From Klebsiella phage KP2025: a DNA stretch of 64,000 nt. The stretch is from the sequence record PP919962.1, one strand, 5' to 3'. A program made the position numbers and the translations under genes. Shown here piece by piece: positions 17,317-27,633 of this stretch; position 1 is the stretch's first letter, and the number at the start of each line of letters is the position of its first letter. The notes beneath the pieces were generated by a model, which saw only the letters and a program-made list of their open reading frames with translations, made no database searches and was not told where the DNA came from.

Positions 17317-17738
17317 TATTATCTTTTATAGGCGATGGCACCTGATGCAGGGGGAGACAAACACCGAACCTGCCTAGCATTCAGGGAAGCTAACCGAACC
17401 TGGACGCCTCCCTTCAAATGAGAATTACTCGCAACAAACATCGTGCCAACTTTACTTTCTAAATGAGAAAAATTCTTATTAGTGAGATCTATTTGTTTAT
17501 GAGCTAGGGTATTGCCAGGACACAAAAGCGCTTAAAATCGATTCTAGAGCGTTTTAAAGGTATGTATGTTTATACAGGACTTGAAAATAAATTTGACAAA
17601 GATTTTATAGTGTGCTATTCGCATATGATTGTTTTCTTTACAGTTCTTTACAAATCTACTCTTGCATGAAATATCGGTTATGGTATTATTTATCTCGTAG
17701 GGCAGGAACACGAAATCAACTTAACGAGGTAAACGAAA

Positions 17739-18107
17739 ATGACTATCATCAATCTGAATACTACTATTAAAGGTAAAGATTTTGGCGGCGTAGTAGATCA
17801 TGATCCGATGTGGTCACTTTCTGTTTTCAAAGGTGATTTAATCGATGTTGTAACCATTGACAGCGGGTCAGATGATTATAAGTGTGAAATTCATCTTACA
17901 AACTGGTACACTGGCAAAGTTTACGCCCTGGATCGCGTGATCATCGGTCGAATCGAAACATTAGAGGACGAAGAAACCGGAGAAACCTTTGATTATTATA
18001 TCAATAGCACTAACCGCGCAGAACGCTTGTTAGAGAAGATGAAAGAAAAAGGAACTATTGATTTATCTCACTGGGTGGACATTACAAACGATCCAGCCTA
18101 CAAATAA
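17739..18107 (+). CDS. hypothetical protein
   Basis: AACGAGGTAAACGAAA ATG. Last gene of early block. Confidence 0.6.
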   Translation: MTIINLNTTIKGKDFGGVVDHDPMWSLSVFKGDLIDVVTIDSGSDDYKCEIHLTNWYTGKVYALDRVIIGRIETLEDEETGETFDYYINSTNRAERLLEKMKEKGTIDLSHWVDITNDPAYK

Positions 18108-18120
18108 AACACCATTTCAA

Positions 18121-18149
18121 AGGGGCGCACAAAGCGCCCTTTCTTTTTG
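18121..18149 (+). terminator. rho-independent terminator
   Basis: GGGCGC-ACAAA-GCGCCC then TTTCTTTTTG. Confidence 0.7.
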
Positions 18150-19670
18150 CCTATCGTTTAATGATAGCTTTTACCGATTGAAATCACTCACAGCAGAAAA
18201 GTGAATAAATCGCGTTATGAGGTTTTCTAAGCAAGGTTGACTAACTACCAGGGGCAAACGGTAAGCCGCTTAGAATGGCTTACAGGAGCTTTAAAGGGCA
18301 TAGCCACTATCTAAATAATCAATAAGTCCATAAATCTAACGATCTAATCAATAATGATAATCAATCTCATATATCCGTGATTAATTATGCAGAATATTGC
18401 ATAGTGTGATAGTGAGAATCATTTACAATCAAAGTAACAATTGACAATTTATCCAATCATAAACAATCAAATAATAAATAGATAAATAGTTATCTTGCTA
18501 ATCTATGCACCTGATATCATTTCAATAATTAACAATAACACAATAAAACAATCAACTAGTCAATAATAAGCAATGAAACTATTATTAACACTATTAATCT
18601 ACAATTCATTCTTACAATAATAATCTATGAAATAATTAGCAAAGAATGTATTAGCAAGCCTACGCGGGAAACGTAGGCTGCTAATAATAACACAACTACA
18701 CCACCTCATTTCGGAATAATCCCTGATTATCCCTCATGTGATTATGTAGCTTGCAATGCTTGCAAGCGTAATGATGTATGTGATACATCATAACACTCAC
18801 AATCATTACGTGTGTTATTATTAGCATATAAAGTAATTAACATTCTAACAGAATCATTCATTGTGAAACAATTAGCACACTATCTATTTGCGGAGGAATT
18901 ATTGAGTGAATAACGAAAATAATTCTATAGCTAATGATTAATGATAGAACTATTACGCAGCGAAAATATTACACGCTGAAGCGTGGAATGTTGAGCATTA
19001 ATGAGAATAAGAATTAATATTATTCGGGCGAGCAAATGCCCACGAAGTGGGCTATTGTTGAGCCACTTCTCTTAAAAGAGAAATTTTTAGGAATTATCTT
19101 GATTTTCGAGCCGTTTGATGCTATGCGCAGCATACCACTGTTCACTTATACAGTGGATTTGTCATGAGAATCGTTATCAGTCGCCTTTTGTGGCAATTTG
19201 GCACCTTGTAAACACATGTTTATTAATGCCAAACTATTGATTTATAAGGATTTATTGTCAGTTTATCGTGATGGGCATGGAATACGGTCAATCTTTGACC
19301 AAAAGTGTCGTAAGTTATTGAATGATATTAAGAATGAGAATGATTCGCATTGATATTTGGGACTCGCGGAAATTTGAAAATGGGGGTGCCCGAAAATCGC
19401 GTTAAGCACCTCTCGCAAGCGAGCCATATTACCGCCAACATATTGATATTATTGACATTTCTTTGCCAAATAGGGGGTGGCTTAAAAATTCCGGATATAT
19501 GGGAGAAATTTTGTAGTTTTTGTGGTAAATTGTATGTAAAATAATCAGCAATAATAATGTTTAATTGATAGATATTTCCGATGATAATCCTATGTAAATA
19601 GGGTAGCTTTTTATTTCCGGGTGTTGTAGGATGATTGTCATGAAAGATTGCTATGTGTAAGGAGAGAAAG
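18150..19670. other. 1.5 kb A+T-rich ORF-free region with CAAT/AATAA low-complexity tracts and several hairpins
   Basis: No ORF of 60 aa or more with an RBS. Hairpins at 18656-18682, 19038-19052 and 19136-19157. Copies of ATGAGAAT motif at 19164 and 19333. Confidence 0.6.
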
Positions 19671-19766
19671 ATGGAAGCGTTAATGATACTTGGTGCTATA
19701 GTTGTGTTGCTGCTGGTACTATATTTTGCTCCAAGAGATGGTTCAGACTGGGATACATATTTCTAA
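19671..19766 (+). CDS. small membrane peptide (31 aa)
   Basis: AAGGAGAGAAAG ATG; hydrophobic. Confidence 0.35.
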   Translation: MEALMILGAIVVLLLVLYFAPRDGSDWDTYF

Positions 19767-19780
19767 GAGAGGAGAGTGCA

Positions 19781-19924
19781 ATGACGTATAGAACACGTAC
19801 AGAATGGTTGAAGAAAGGGTTGTATGTCATTCCTCATGCAAAGCCCACTGCTAAGACGAATAAAGGTGAGAGCTTGTTTAAAAGATCTCAGGTGCAATAT
19901 AGTTTCGAAGGGAGAGAGTCATGA
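19781..19924 (+). CDS. small basic protein (47 aa)
   Basis: GAGAGGAGAGTGCA ATG. Confidence 0.35.
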   Translation: MTYRTRTEWLKKGLYVIPHAKPTAKTNKGESLFKRSQVQYSFEGRES

Positions 19925-19973
19925 CAAAGGGTGAAGACGACTATTATGAAAAATTGCTAGAGGAGAGTGTTAA

Positions 19974-20285
19974 GTGCAATATGAGAGTAAAAATTTAAGA
20001 CTGGCTACGAAAGTTCTGCAAGATATGGCGAACACGCCGAATCCGCCCTTCAAGAGAAGGAAAGTAGAGAAAGTATCACTGTGCGAAGAAGAGAAAGAAA
20101 TCCTTCTTATACGATTGCTCTATGAGCAGGCTGGATGGAATGTGAAACAACTGCAAGATTGCTTCGGGAAACAACTATCTACAGTGCAGAGGATTGTGAA
20201 CTACGAAAACTATAAACATATCCTCACCGAAGGATTCCGTTTATCAGAGGAAGCTTTGATAATGTCTCAAATGGAAGTCATGTAA
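19974..20285 (+). CDS. hypothetical protein, possible HTH
   Basis: GAGGAG RBS then GTG start. 103 aa. Confidence 0.45.
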   Translation: MQYESKNLRLATKVLQDMANTPNPPFKRRKVEKVSLCEEEKEILLIRLLYEQAGWNVKQLQDCFGKQLSTVQRIVNYENYKHILTEGFRLSEEALIMSQMEVM

Positions 20286-20317
20286 TAGGCAGTGATCGTC
20301 ATAACAAAGGAGAAATT

Positions 20318-20515
20318 ATGTATCAATTGAAAGTGAACAGTGTGATTAATCATCCGATTAATCTGGTGATTAATGGTGCAATTGCCACAGGCTTCGGGGT
20401 GTATTATTATGATGGCTGGGATGCTGTAACTTATAGCTTGGCTATGTTTGCAATGATGCAAATGTTTGATGCTTTATGGGTTTACATCAAAACTAAGTGG
20501 TGCAATAAGGAGTGA
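20318..20515 (+). CDS. small membrane protein
   Basis: AAAGGAGAAATT ATG. Confidence 0.5.
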   Translation: MYQLKVNSVINHPINLVINGAIATGFGVYYYDGWDAVTYSLAMFAMMQMFDALWVYIKTKWCNKE

Positions 20516-20520
20516 TTAAC

Positions 20521-20685
20521 ATGCAAGAAGAGCGTAGTGTTTGGTATGCTGAGGGATTTGTCCATGCTCTTTCATATGGGCGATTCTATCGTCGTAATCC
20601 CTACAGGGTGGGGAGCAGACCATTTAATGAGTGGGAAGCAGGTTTTGATCATGGTGTACGTAAATATTCTGAGGAGAAGGTATGA
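20521..20685 (+). CDS. small hypothetical protein (54 aa)
   Basis: TAAGGAG RBS. ATGA overlap with next gene. Confidence 0.45.
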   Translation: MQEERSVWYAEGFVHALSYGRFYRRNPYRVGSRPFNEWEAGFDHGVRKYSEEKV

Positions 20686-21392
20686 TCAGTAAAGAAGAGT
20701 TAGAGAAGTGGGCTTTTCAGCTAAATATGGATGGTGATTGTGATGCAACAGATAAAGATATTGAAACTCTCATTACTCAGGCGCTGGACACAATGGAAGA
20801 GCTTGAAAAAGCAAAACGTTGTTTGCCTGTAGATAAAGAATTCGAAGTGAGAGGTTCATGGATTGGTTCTGTGCAAAACTACATTGTTCACCTTGAAGAG
20901 TCTTTGAAGGATGCAACTGCTTATATTGAAAAACTACGGGAGTGGAATGCAGGCTTAGCTCAAGAATCTTTTGAAAGGCAGGAACGAATTGCAGAGTTGA
21001 CAGCGGGGAAGGTTGGTAATGCTTTGCTTGAAAGAGAAAATCATCATGCCGAAGTTGTTGGACATTTGGTTGATCTGATTATTGAGCTTAAAGCAAAACT
21101 CTCAGAGTCTTCTGAGAGCGAGTTAGATCGTAACCCTGTACTAGCGTATGCCGACAGTTATCGTGATATGGCGAAACAAGGTGTCGAGTCAGTCCCAATT
21201 TGGAGCGTCATCACCGACCTAGAGCGAAACATAGCGCCGCTATGTCGCCACACGCAGCCAGCGCCGGAAGTGCCAACGTTTGATGAATGGCTGGAGCTTA
21301 GCGGTAATAAGCCACTTGGTTGGGTCAAAGACGCGATGCGCGAATCTTATGACGCCTGCCGTTCTGCCATGCTTAACGGAGGTAAATTATGA
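20682..21392 (+). CDS. hypothetical protein
   Basis: 236 aa ORF; GAGGAGAAGGT ATG. Confidence 0.65.
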   Translation: MISKEELEKWAFQLNMDGDCDATDKDIETLITQALDTMEELEKAKRCLPVDKEFEVRGSWIGSVQNYIVHLEESLKDATAYIEKLREWNAGLAQESFERQERIAELTAGKVGNALLERENHHAEVVGHLVDLIIELKAKLSESSESELDRNPVLAYADSYRDMAKQGVESVPIWSVITDLERNIAPLCRHTQPAPEVPTFDEWLELSGNKPLGWVKDAMRESYDACRSAMLNGGKL

Positions 21393-21754
21393 AGTTCGAA
21401 GAATGGTTAGCACAACAGGATGGGGTTATTGAAGTAGATTGCGGCTGTGTTACCGCAGAAGCTTTTTATCACTGGATGCGCGTAGCTTATGAGTCGGGCA
21501 ACTCTCTGGCACAATCTGATTGCTATCCGGTGCAAAACCAAGGATGGATTCCCGTAAGCGAGCGTCTACCAGAGAATAAACCGGGAGGTTACGAATACTT
21601 GGTATTTGAAACACTCAACGGATGTGTAAATCATGATTACTGGGCTGTGCCAGATACAGGACAGGAATTTACTCCTTTCTGGAACCGTTATGGCGACTAT
21701 GTAACCCACTGGATGCCACTGCCCGCTGGGCCAAAGGAGCAAGATAATGTTTAA
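21389..21754 (+). CDS. hypothetical protein
   Basis: ATGA overlap. Confidence 0.6.
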   Translation: MKFEEWLAQQDGVIEVDCGCVTAEAFYHWMRVAYESGNSLAQSDCYPVQNQGWIPVSERLPENKPGGYEYLVFETLNGCVNHDYWAVPDTGQEFTPFWNRYGDYVTHWMPLPAGPKEQDNV

Positions 21755-21944
21755 TCCTAATGAAAGTTTTACTTCTGTATTCATTGTGCTAGGAATTGTT
21801 TGTGGGGTTGTTGGATGGGCAGCCATCGAACTCCTCTGTTGGTTGTTTTCCTTCGTGCATATCACTTTTGGGAGATAAACAAGCCTTGCAATTTCTTATG
21901 AATGTGTATAATGTATGTACAAGATATAGAAATGGAGGTGGAAG

Positions 21945-22448
21945 ATGAAAATTCGTTTATTACACGATGGTGGTTATGAGGGATTAGCTAACGTGCAATT
22001 CCCTGTAGAAGTGGAAGTTGAGCGTGAGGGTTACGGCGGCGGCGTCTATGTGGGGTGGGATGCAATCTCTGCTATTCCTGAGTGGTTCTACAATAAAAAT
22101 GATGCTTACGTAGGAGGTTCTTATTATTTCTGTAAGCATGAAGTGGAACTCGTTGGCAGCGAGGTAGAGGAGCGTATCTCTGCTCTACGTGAAAAAGGCA
22201 TAACTATGTTCCCTAACCTCTCGAAGGAAGAAAAGATAGACGTGTTGTATATTGAGGATGAACCTGCGGTATCCGCTGAATGCTGTGTTGATACACGGAA
22301 AGACAAACTGATCTCGCTTGTGAGAGATTACGGGGAGATCATTACCGAGGGATACAAACACGACTCTCTTCTAGCTATGCTTGCTTGTCACGAAGAAGAG
22401 AAGCGTCTGTTGAAAGAGATCATTAAGATGATTAACGAGGGTGTTTAG
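21945..22448 (+). CDS. hypothetical protein
   Basis: AATGGAGGTGGAAG ATG. Confidence 0.6.
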   Translation: MKIRLLHDGGYEGLANVQFPVEVEVEREGYGGGVYVGWDAISAIPEWFYNKNDAYVGGSYYFCKHEVELVGSEVEERISALREKGITMFPNLSKEEKIDVLYIEDEPAVSAECCVDTRKDKLISLVRDYGEIITEGYKHDSLLAMLACHEEEKRLLKEIIKMINEGV

Positions 22449-22456
22449 GAGGGTAT

Positions 22457-22696
22457 ATGAATGTATACCGTGTAGAGTTTGACGTGGTGGACTCTGTATC
22501 ATTACTGTACCCTGCTATTCCAAGTAAAACAGGGCGTGAAGCGCTATTTATTAATGCAGAGAACCCGCAAGATGCAATGTTCTATGCTGGTATGGTGTGG
22601 ATGGAGCAGTGTGTTATTAACGGTTTCCAAATCAGATGGAAGACCTTAGAAAACGTGACTGCGATTTTTCTGGAAGAGTTGAAGGAGGGCTTATGA
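22457..22696 (+). CDS. hypothetical protein
   Basis: AGGAGGGTAT ATG. Confidence 0.55.
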   Translation: MNVYRVEFDVVDSVSLLYPAIPSKTGREALFINAENPQDAMFYAGMVWMEQCVINGFQIRWKTLENVTAIFLEELKEGL

Positions 22697-22707
22697 GAGG
22701 TAATAAG

Positions 22708-22923
22708 ATGAAAGTGAAAGATGTACCTAGTGCATACACCTTATGGTTGGCACGTCTTATTCATCAGTCGATGGTGACAAAACACCGTATGCCTCTTTCT
22801 AAGCGTATGCTGAAAAAGGGACGTACCACCTTTGGCTTCACGGCTACTGCCAGAAAGATGAGGGACTTGGGGTATATTCCCAAATATGCCCGTTATCCTT
22901 CTACTTATGCTGGGTTTGATTAA
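22708..22923 (+). CDS. hypothetical basic protein
   Basis: AGAGGTAATAAG ATG. Confidence 0.5.
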   Translation: MKVKDVPSAYTLWLARLIHQSMVTKHRMPLSKRMLKKGRTTFGFTATARKMRDLGYIPKYARYPSTYAGFD

Positions 22924-22934
22924 CAGGAGTAAAT

Positions 22935-23120
22935 ATGGAAAAGCCAGAACAAAAATTTAAGATTGGGGATCGTGTAGCGGATATTCACACAGGTAAAGTG
23001 GGAAATATCACAGCTATCCACTGGAGTGAAGGCGATAAACATAACCCAGCAGGGTTGGCATACTCTATGGATAAAATGGGGTGGTTATTTATTGGGGAAT
23101 CAGATTTAGTAGCAGTGTAA
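22935..23120 (+). CDS. hypothetical protein
   Basis: ACAGGAGTAAAT ATG. Confidence 0.5.
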   Translation: MEKPEQKFKIGDRVADIHTGKVGNITAIHWSEGDKHNPAGLAYSMDKMGWLFIGESDLVAV

Positions 23121-23130
23121 GGAGGTAGTG

Positions 23131-23301
23131 ATGCGTGTGTTTATAGATGAGTTTGATAGAGATTACAGAACTATTACCAATAACTTTGAGAAGGAGTTTG
23201 CTTCTATCCAGGAAGCAGAAGAGTGGTGCAAAGAAGCCTCTGGGTCAGGGTACACTTACCTTATTGATATGAGCTTGACAAAAGCTATAAATGAGGGTTA
23301 A
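23131..23301 (+). CDS. small acidic protein (56 aa)
   Basis: TAAGGAGGTAGTG ATG. Confidence 0.45.
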   Translation: MRVFIDEFDRDYRTITNNFEKEFASIQEAEEWCKEASGSGYTYLIDMSLTKAINEG

Positions 23302-23381
23302 ATATGCTTGTACACTTCTTGATGGATGTTTGGTTTATTATACTTATAGCTTGGGTCTTTGTATCAAGGGGAGAATTTTGA

Positions 23382-23672
23382 ATGAACGTTAAGAAACAAT
23401 CTAAAATAAAGTCTCTAGGTCGTTATAAACATTATAAAAGTTTTGGATGGTTGGCTAGAGTAGTTTATCGTCTACGCGGTGATAAAACTATTCGCCACTA
23501 TCTTGCCACTGGTAAGTATGTCAGAACAGAGTCGGAAGAAGCCTATGAACTTGTGCCAGGATCTGGTATGTTGTTCAAAGATTTATTTATCACCAGCAAA
23601 GTGAGGCGTTCACGTGTTAAAAATGTTCCTGATGGTGCGCGATTTGTGGGTAAAACATATGGTTTATCGTGA
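23382..23672 (+). CDS. hypothetical basic protein
   Basis: AAGGGGAGAATTTTGA ATG. Confidence 0.55.
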   Translation: MNVKKQSKIKSLGRYKHYKSFGWLARVVYRLRGDKTIRHYLATGKYVRTESEEAYELVPGSGMLFKDLFITSKVRRSRVKNVPDGARFVGKTYGLS

Positions 23673-23899
23673 GTATCTCATTGATAATGCACAGTATAAA
23701 CAGCTTGGGATATCTTAGGGAGGTGTTAAACCGTGGAGATTGAGAAAGTAAAGGTTGCCCCGAAGGAACGCACTCGTTTATGTGATTGTGGTCATACTAT
23801 GATTGAAACAGAGGTGTTATACTCTGATCTTTATGAGTGCTGCGTTGCATTCTGGGAATGCACACATTGTCACGATGTTTATGAGGAGTGGTTGGAGTA

Positions 23900-25108
23900 A
23901 TGGTTGCAAAGGCTTGGGAAGAGTATAAAGCAGAGTGTGAAGCAGTAGCTAAACCTGGGATAACCATCTTGGGTTGGGTTGGAGAATGGAAGGGACATGT
24001 TACAAAATTAAGATGCGTATGTGCAAAACATGGAGAGTGGCAGAGTACAACTATCCATAATTTTAAGAGTGGGCGTAGTTGTCCTGGTTGTAAGAGAAGT
24101 TTGCTTAGTCAAAATAACTCTAAAACTTGGGAGGAGTATCTCCCCTCTATTAAATCTACAGCAGAGGTAAAAGGGTATACTATAGAGGGGTATGAAGGGT
24201 GGAACGGAAATCAGACGCGGTTACGATTAGTTTGCCCTGTTCATGGAAGATTTAATAGTACCACCATCGGCAATTTCCTGCAAGGTAGTGGTTGTCCTAA
24301 ATGTGGTAAAAAAACCGCAGGGGAGAAGAATAGCAAACCTGATGAAGAGCATGTTGCAGAGTTTTTTGCGACAGGGATGTTTAAGGATGGGTGTAAGTTT
24401 TGGAGAAGTCCGAAGTTGACTGCACGGGGATGGGCGCAGTATTGGTATCACACATGCCCTATTTGTTCGGAGGACGAGTTTGTTAAAGCCGGACTTTGCA
24501 CAGGGGTTTTTGAGTCGCATACGAGTCAGTTGAAAAGAGGGGGATTACCTTGTCGGTGTTCAGGTATCTATCGTTTCACAAAAGCTCAATGGGAATGGCG
24601 TTTAGTTAAAGAATGTGAAAATAGGGGCTATGTATTCGTAGGCTGGAGAGGTAAACGTTGGGGCCGTAAGTTTAAATTTAGTTATGAATGCACTTTACAT
24701 GGAGAACAAAGTATCACTCCACATAATTTATTCGCGGGTCATGGTTGTCCTTTGTGTGCAGGTTATAATCAACAACAATGCTACATTAACTTAGTGAGCG
24801 ACCAGAACATTCCTTTGGCATGTAAAATAGGCATAGCTAAAGATTCAGAGGCTCGTTTAAAATCACAAAACCAACGTAATCTTTTTCAGATGCAACAGTT
24901 AGCCGTGTACGAATTCCCAACAGTAGAAGATTGCAAAGCCGCAGAAAGAGCTTGTCTGTCTGAGCTTACTTGTGGAGTTTTATCAGCGCAGGAACTTCAA
25001 GATGGCTATACAGAAACTGTAGCCTTGACAGACTACGATAAAGTGGTTAGTATCTATGAAAGATTCGGTGGTGCGCGTGTGGATACCCTTGCGGAGGAGG
25101 ATGAATGA
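23900..25108 (+). CDS. protein with four zinc-ribbon repeats plus C-terminal T5orf172 (GIY-YIG-like) domain
   Basis: Four repeats of about 50 aa: C..HG.(W/F)......GxxCPxC. C-terminal YINLVSD...KIGIAKDSEARLKSQN matches the T5orf172 pattern. Confidence 0.65.
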   Translation: MVAKAWEEYKAECEAVAKPGITILGWVGEWKGHVTKLRCVCAKHGEWQSTTIHNFKSGRSCPGCKRSLLSQNNSKTWEEYLPSIKSTAEVKGYTIEGYEGWNGNQTRLRLVCPVHGRFNSTTIGNFLQGSGCPKCGKKTAGEKNSKPDEEHVAEFFATGMFKDGCKFWRSPKLTARGWAQYWYHTCPICSEDEFVKAGLCTGVFESHTSQLKRGGLPCRCSGIYRFTKAQWEWRLVKECENRGYVFVGWRGKRWGRKFKFSYECTLHGEQSITPHNLFAGHGCPLCAGYNQQQCYINLVSDQNIPLACKIGIAKDSEARLKSQNQRNLFQMQQLAVYEFPTVEDCKAAERACLSELTCGVLSAQELQDGYTETVALTDYDKVVSIYERFGGARVDTLAEEDE

Positions 25109-25431
25109 CAGATCGTGAAATGGTAAATTTTATGAGAAACTACTGTTTCTCTATTGGTCATACAGACGGGACACCGTTTGATGAGGCCACAGTGACAATT
25201 CATGATGTTCGTCCTAACAGTATGAACATTATCTCAATGAAAGAGATACGGGAACTGTTAGACTACTATGGCAAGCTAGCTATGATGCTGGATTTAGGAC
25301 ATATTATCAGTCCTCCAGAGAAGTTTGTCTACTGGATGTTAAAGGACATTGGCCTCATTGATGGGTATGCTGCTCTTCAAGATGCTTTATCACATGAAGA
25401 AAATGATATTTCAAATAACATAGGAGAATAA
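25105..25431 (+). CDS. hypothetical protein
   Basis: ATGA overlap. Confidence 0.6.
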   Translation: MTDREMVNFMRNYCFSIGHTDGTPFDEATVTIHDVRPNSMNIISMKEIRELLDYYGKLAMMLDLGHIISPPEKFVYWMLKDIGLIDGYAALQDALSHEENDISNNIGE

Positions 25432-25432
25432 T

Positions 25433-26011
25433 ATGTCAAATTATGATATTTTTGCAATAGAACCACGTCAACGTGGAGGAGAACGTAACTGGTATCCGGT
25501 TCCTCATGGTGCAGCGCCATTACCGCTTACCCTGAAAGTCTTACCTCTGCCAAAAACATATGTAACAAATTTAAGTGACGTTTTTCATGACGAGTTTATG
25601 GATCGGATTAGCCCCTATCTTATCCCAGGGGATAAGCTTGTGTTCACAGGAAACGCAAACTACCATACATATTACCCTTTAGATACTACATACAGGGCTG
25701 GAGATTTTACATTTCGCCTGGAAAATTCCTCTTGTTCTTTTAATGAGGTGTTATACGCAGCGCAGGAAGGGGTCATCTTGGAGGAAGGATATATATCTGC
25801 AATGATCGATTGCCATGTAAAGACACTGATTATGAAAATGTCAGAATTTCGCCCAGGCAATGTTGAAGTATCTTTTGCTCTTCCTGACCTTATCGATCCG
25901 AGACAGTATGGTGATAAAACCTTGTATGCCTTCTTCATGTTTGAACCCCGCCATGCTAGGCTGGAAACAGAAATGTCTTTTAACGTCAGAAGTATTAAGG
26001 CAGATGAGTAA
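25433..26011 (+). CDS. hypothetical protein
   Basis: ORF with GGAGAATAAT ATG. Confidence 0.6.
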   Translation: MSNYDIFAIEPRQRGGERNWYPVPHGAAPLPLTLKVLPLPKTYVTNLSDVFHDEFMDRISPYLIPGDKLVFTGNANYHTYYPLDTTYRAGDFTFRLENSSCSFNEVLYAAQEGVILEEGYISAMIDCHVKTLIMKMSEFRPGNVEVSFALPDLIDPRQYGDKTLYAFFMFEPRHARLETEMSFNVRSIKADE

Positions 26012-26261
26012 AACTATTTGGTTAGTCCAAATACAGCGGCATGGAAGCTGCTGGCAACCAGTAGAGCCTACTTGTCGTGTAGTGTGTGCTTGCGATAGTG
26101 AAGAAGCAGCACACAAAGCAGGGCAACAGATTACATGGATGTATAATAATCCTCGGTTTAATCCTGATGCAAATCTTGCTGGAGTTGTTACACAGGATAT
26201 TTTAATCCCAGAGCTTGAATACAGGTATGCAGTTAAAAAACACGAAGGAGAATGGCATTGA
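26004..26261 (+). CDS. hypothetical protein
   Basis: ATGAGTAA start overlapping upstream stop. Confidence 0.5.
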   Translation: MSKTIWLVQIQRHGSCWQPVEPTCRVVCACDSEEAAHKAGQQITWMYNNPRFNPDANLAGVVTQDILIPELEYRYAVKKHEGEWH

Positions 26262-26479
26262 GAGAACAAATTGAATTCCATTTTATGGATACAGAAGATC
26301 CGTTGGTAATCGACCCAAAGGATATCCGACTTGTGTATAAACACCTTAATGGTTGTATTATCAGGACTTCGTGGAATGAAGAGCTGGTACTGAGTGAGAG
26401 TTATGAAACAGCGAAACGCCGTATAGCCGACTTCTATAAGCCACTGGAGAATGTTTCTGGGTGGCCTTATGGAGAATAA
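26252..26479 (+). CDS. hypothetical protein
   Basis: ORF overlapping. Confidence 0.55.
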   Translation: MALREQIEFHFMDTEDPLVIDPKDIRLVYKHLNGCIIRTSWNEELVLSESYETAKRRIADFYKPLENVSGWPYGE

Positions 26480-26951
26480 ATATCCCGTTTACCATTGGCG
26501 AGTGAAGTCTCATTGGTTGAGTGGCACTACATCTTTTGATGATGTGTACATTGCGCTTCCTGATCTGGAATTGGCAAGAGATTTCATTCAGGCTCATGTG
26601 CGGCTGCACTATGCTACTTCAGATATTCGTGTAGCTACATGCGTGTCTTTGATGAACATCATCCCACAAGTCGAAACCCTCCCTGCGGCGTACCGCCTGG
26701 AAAGTGAAGCCGTTTGGGGCGAACAAGATGTACTGGACATGTACCCTGCTATTCGTAATTATTGGGTGAGTAAAGGTTTCACAGATATTCGTATAATGCC
26801 TTGTAGACCTGTAGACGAGGATTGTCTTTATCTGGATGGTAAATGGCACAGTTACTGTCGCCATGCACACGAATGGATGCAACCAGAGGATTTATGTGCT
26901 GAATTAAAGCCTCGGCCTGCAAAGCAGCGCCGCCGTAACTGTACGGTGTAA
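26469..26951 (+). CDS. hypothetical protein
   Basis: ATG 26469 overlapping upstream stop. Confidence 0.55.
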   Translation: MENKYPVYHWRVKSHWLSGTTSFDDVYIALPDLELARDFIQAHVRLHYATSDIRVATCVSLMNIIPQVETLPAAYRLESEAVWGEQDVLDMYPAIRNYWVSKGFTDIRIMPCRPVDEDCLYLDGKWHSYCRHAHEWMQPEDLCAELKPRPAKQRRRNCTV

Positions 26952-26960
26952 GGAGAAGAG

Positions 26961-27116
26961 ATGGTGAGTGAACACTTTGTTATTCTTTGTATGTTCGGGT
27001 GGATTGCTTGGTGTTGCATTATAAATGCTGATAAGTATTCTACTCCGAAAGAAAGAGCTTTACAACTAATTCCAATTCCAGTATGCTTCCTGCTAATGGG
27101 GTTGACACTTACTTAG
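26961..27116 (+). CDS. small membrane protein (51 aa)
   Basis: AAGGAGAAGAG ATG. Confidence 0.4.
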   Translation: MVSEHFVILCMFGWIAWCCIINADKYSTPKERALQLIPIPVCFLLMGLTLT

Positions 27117-27361
27117 GAGGCGCTATGCGACGTATACTGTGTTGGTTTTTAGCTGGGGTTTTAGGGCTTTCTTTTTAGTAGTGTGTGATAAGCTGGCAGA
27201 ACTTGCAAGTGGTGCTGCACATAAGCAGAAGGTACAAACAGAAGAGTGTATCTATCTAAAATACAAAAAAGATGCTGAAAAGTTCCTTGACAAGGATTGT
27301 CAAAGGTATGTAAGATATAAGCAAGATAACTGACTAGGTAATTAACTTAGAGAGGTAGAGT

Positions 27362-27625
27362 ATGACTCTGGCAGACAAAGTGCTACAAAACGTTAAGAGT
27401 AAAGCCATAGTGTGTAGAGCTAAAGCTTTCGAATCCTATTACTATGATTTGAAGAAAATGGTGAAAGATCCTGACCTACTAGAAACAGGGGTTGTACACT
27501 ACTATCATCGTAACCATTTAACTAATCAAATATTCAACAATAGAGGCACGAATAGCAGATGGTATGCAACTACTACGTATACCACTGAAAATAAAACTGG
27601 TATTAGTCTTTCTTTAATGAGATAA
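27362..27625 (+). CDS. hypothetical protein
   Basis: GAGAGGTAGAGT ATG. Confidence 0.5.
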   Translation: MTLADKVLQNVKSKAIVCRAKAFESYYYDLKKMVKDPDLLETGVVHYYHRNHLTNQIFNNRGTNSRWYATTTYTTENKTGISLSLMR

Positions 27626-27633
27626 GGAAGTAT

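Noticed and set aside
18150-19670. tRNA genes in the large intergenic gap
   Set aside because: I found no GGTTCGAATCC-type T-arm and no cloverleaf-compatible acceptor/anticodon stem pairing by eye. A covariance-model scan would be needed to be certain.
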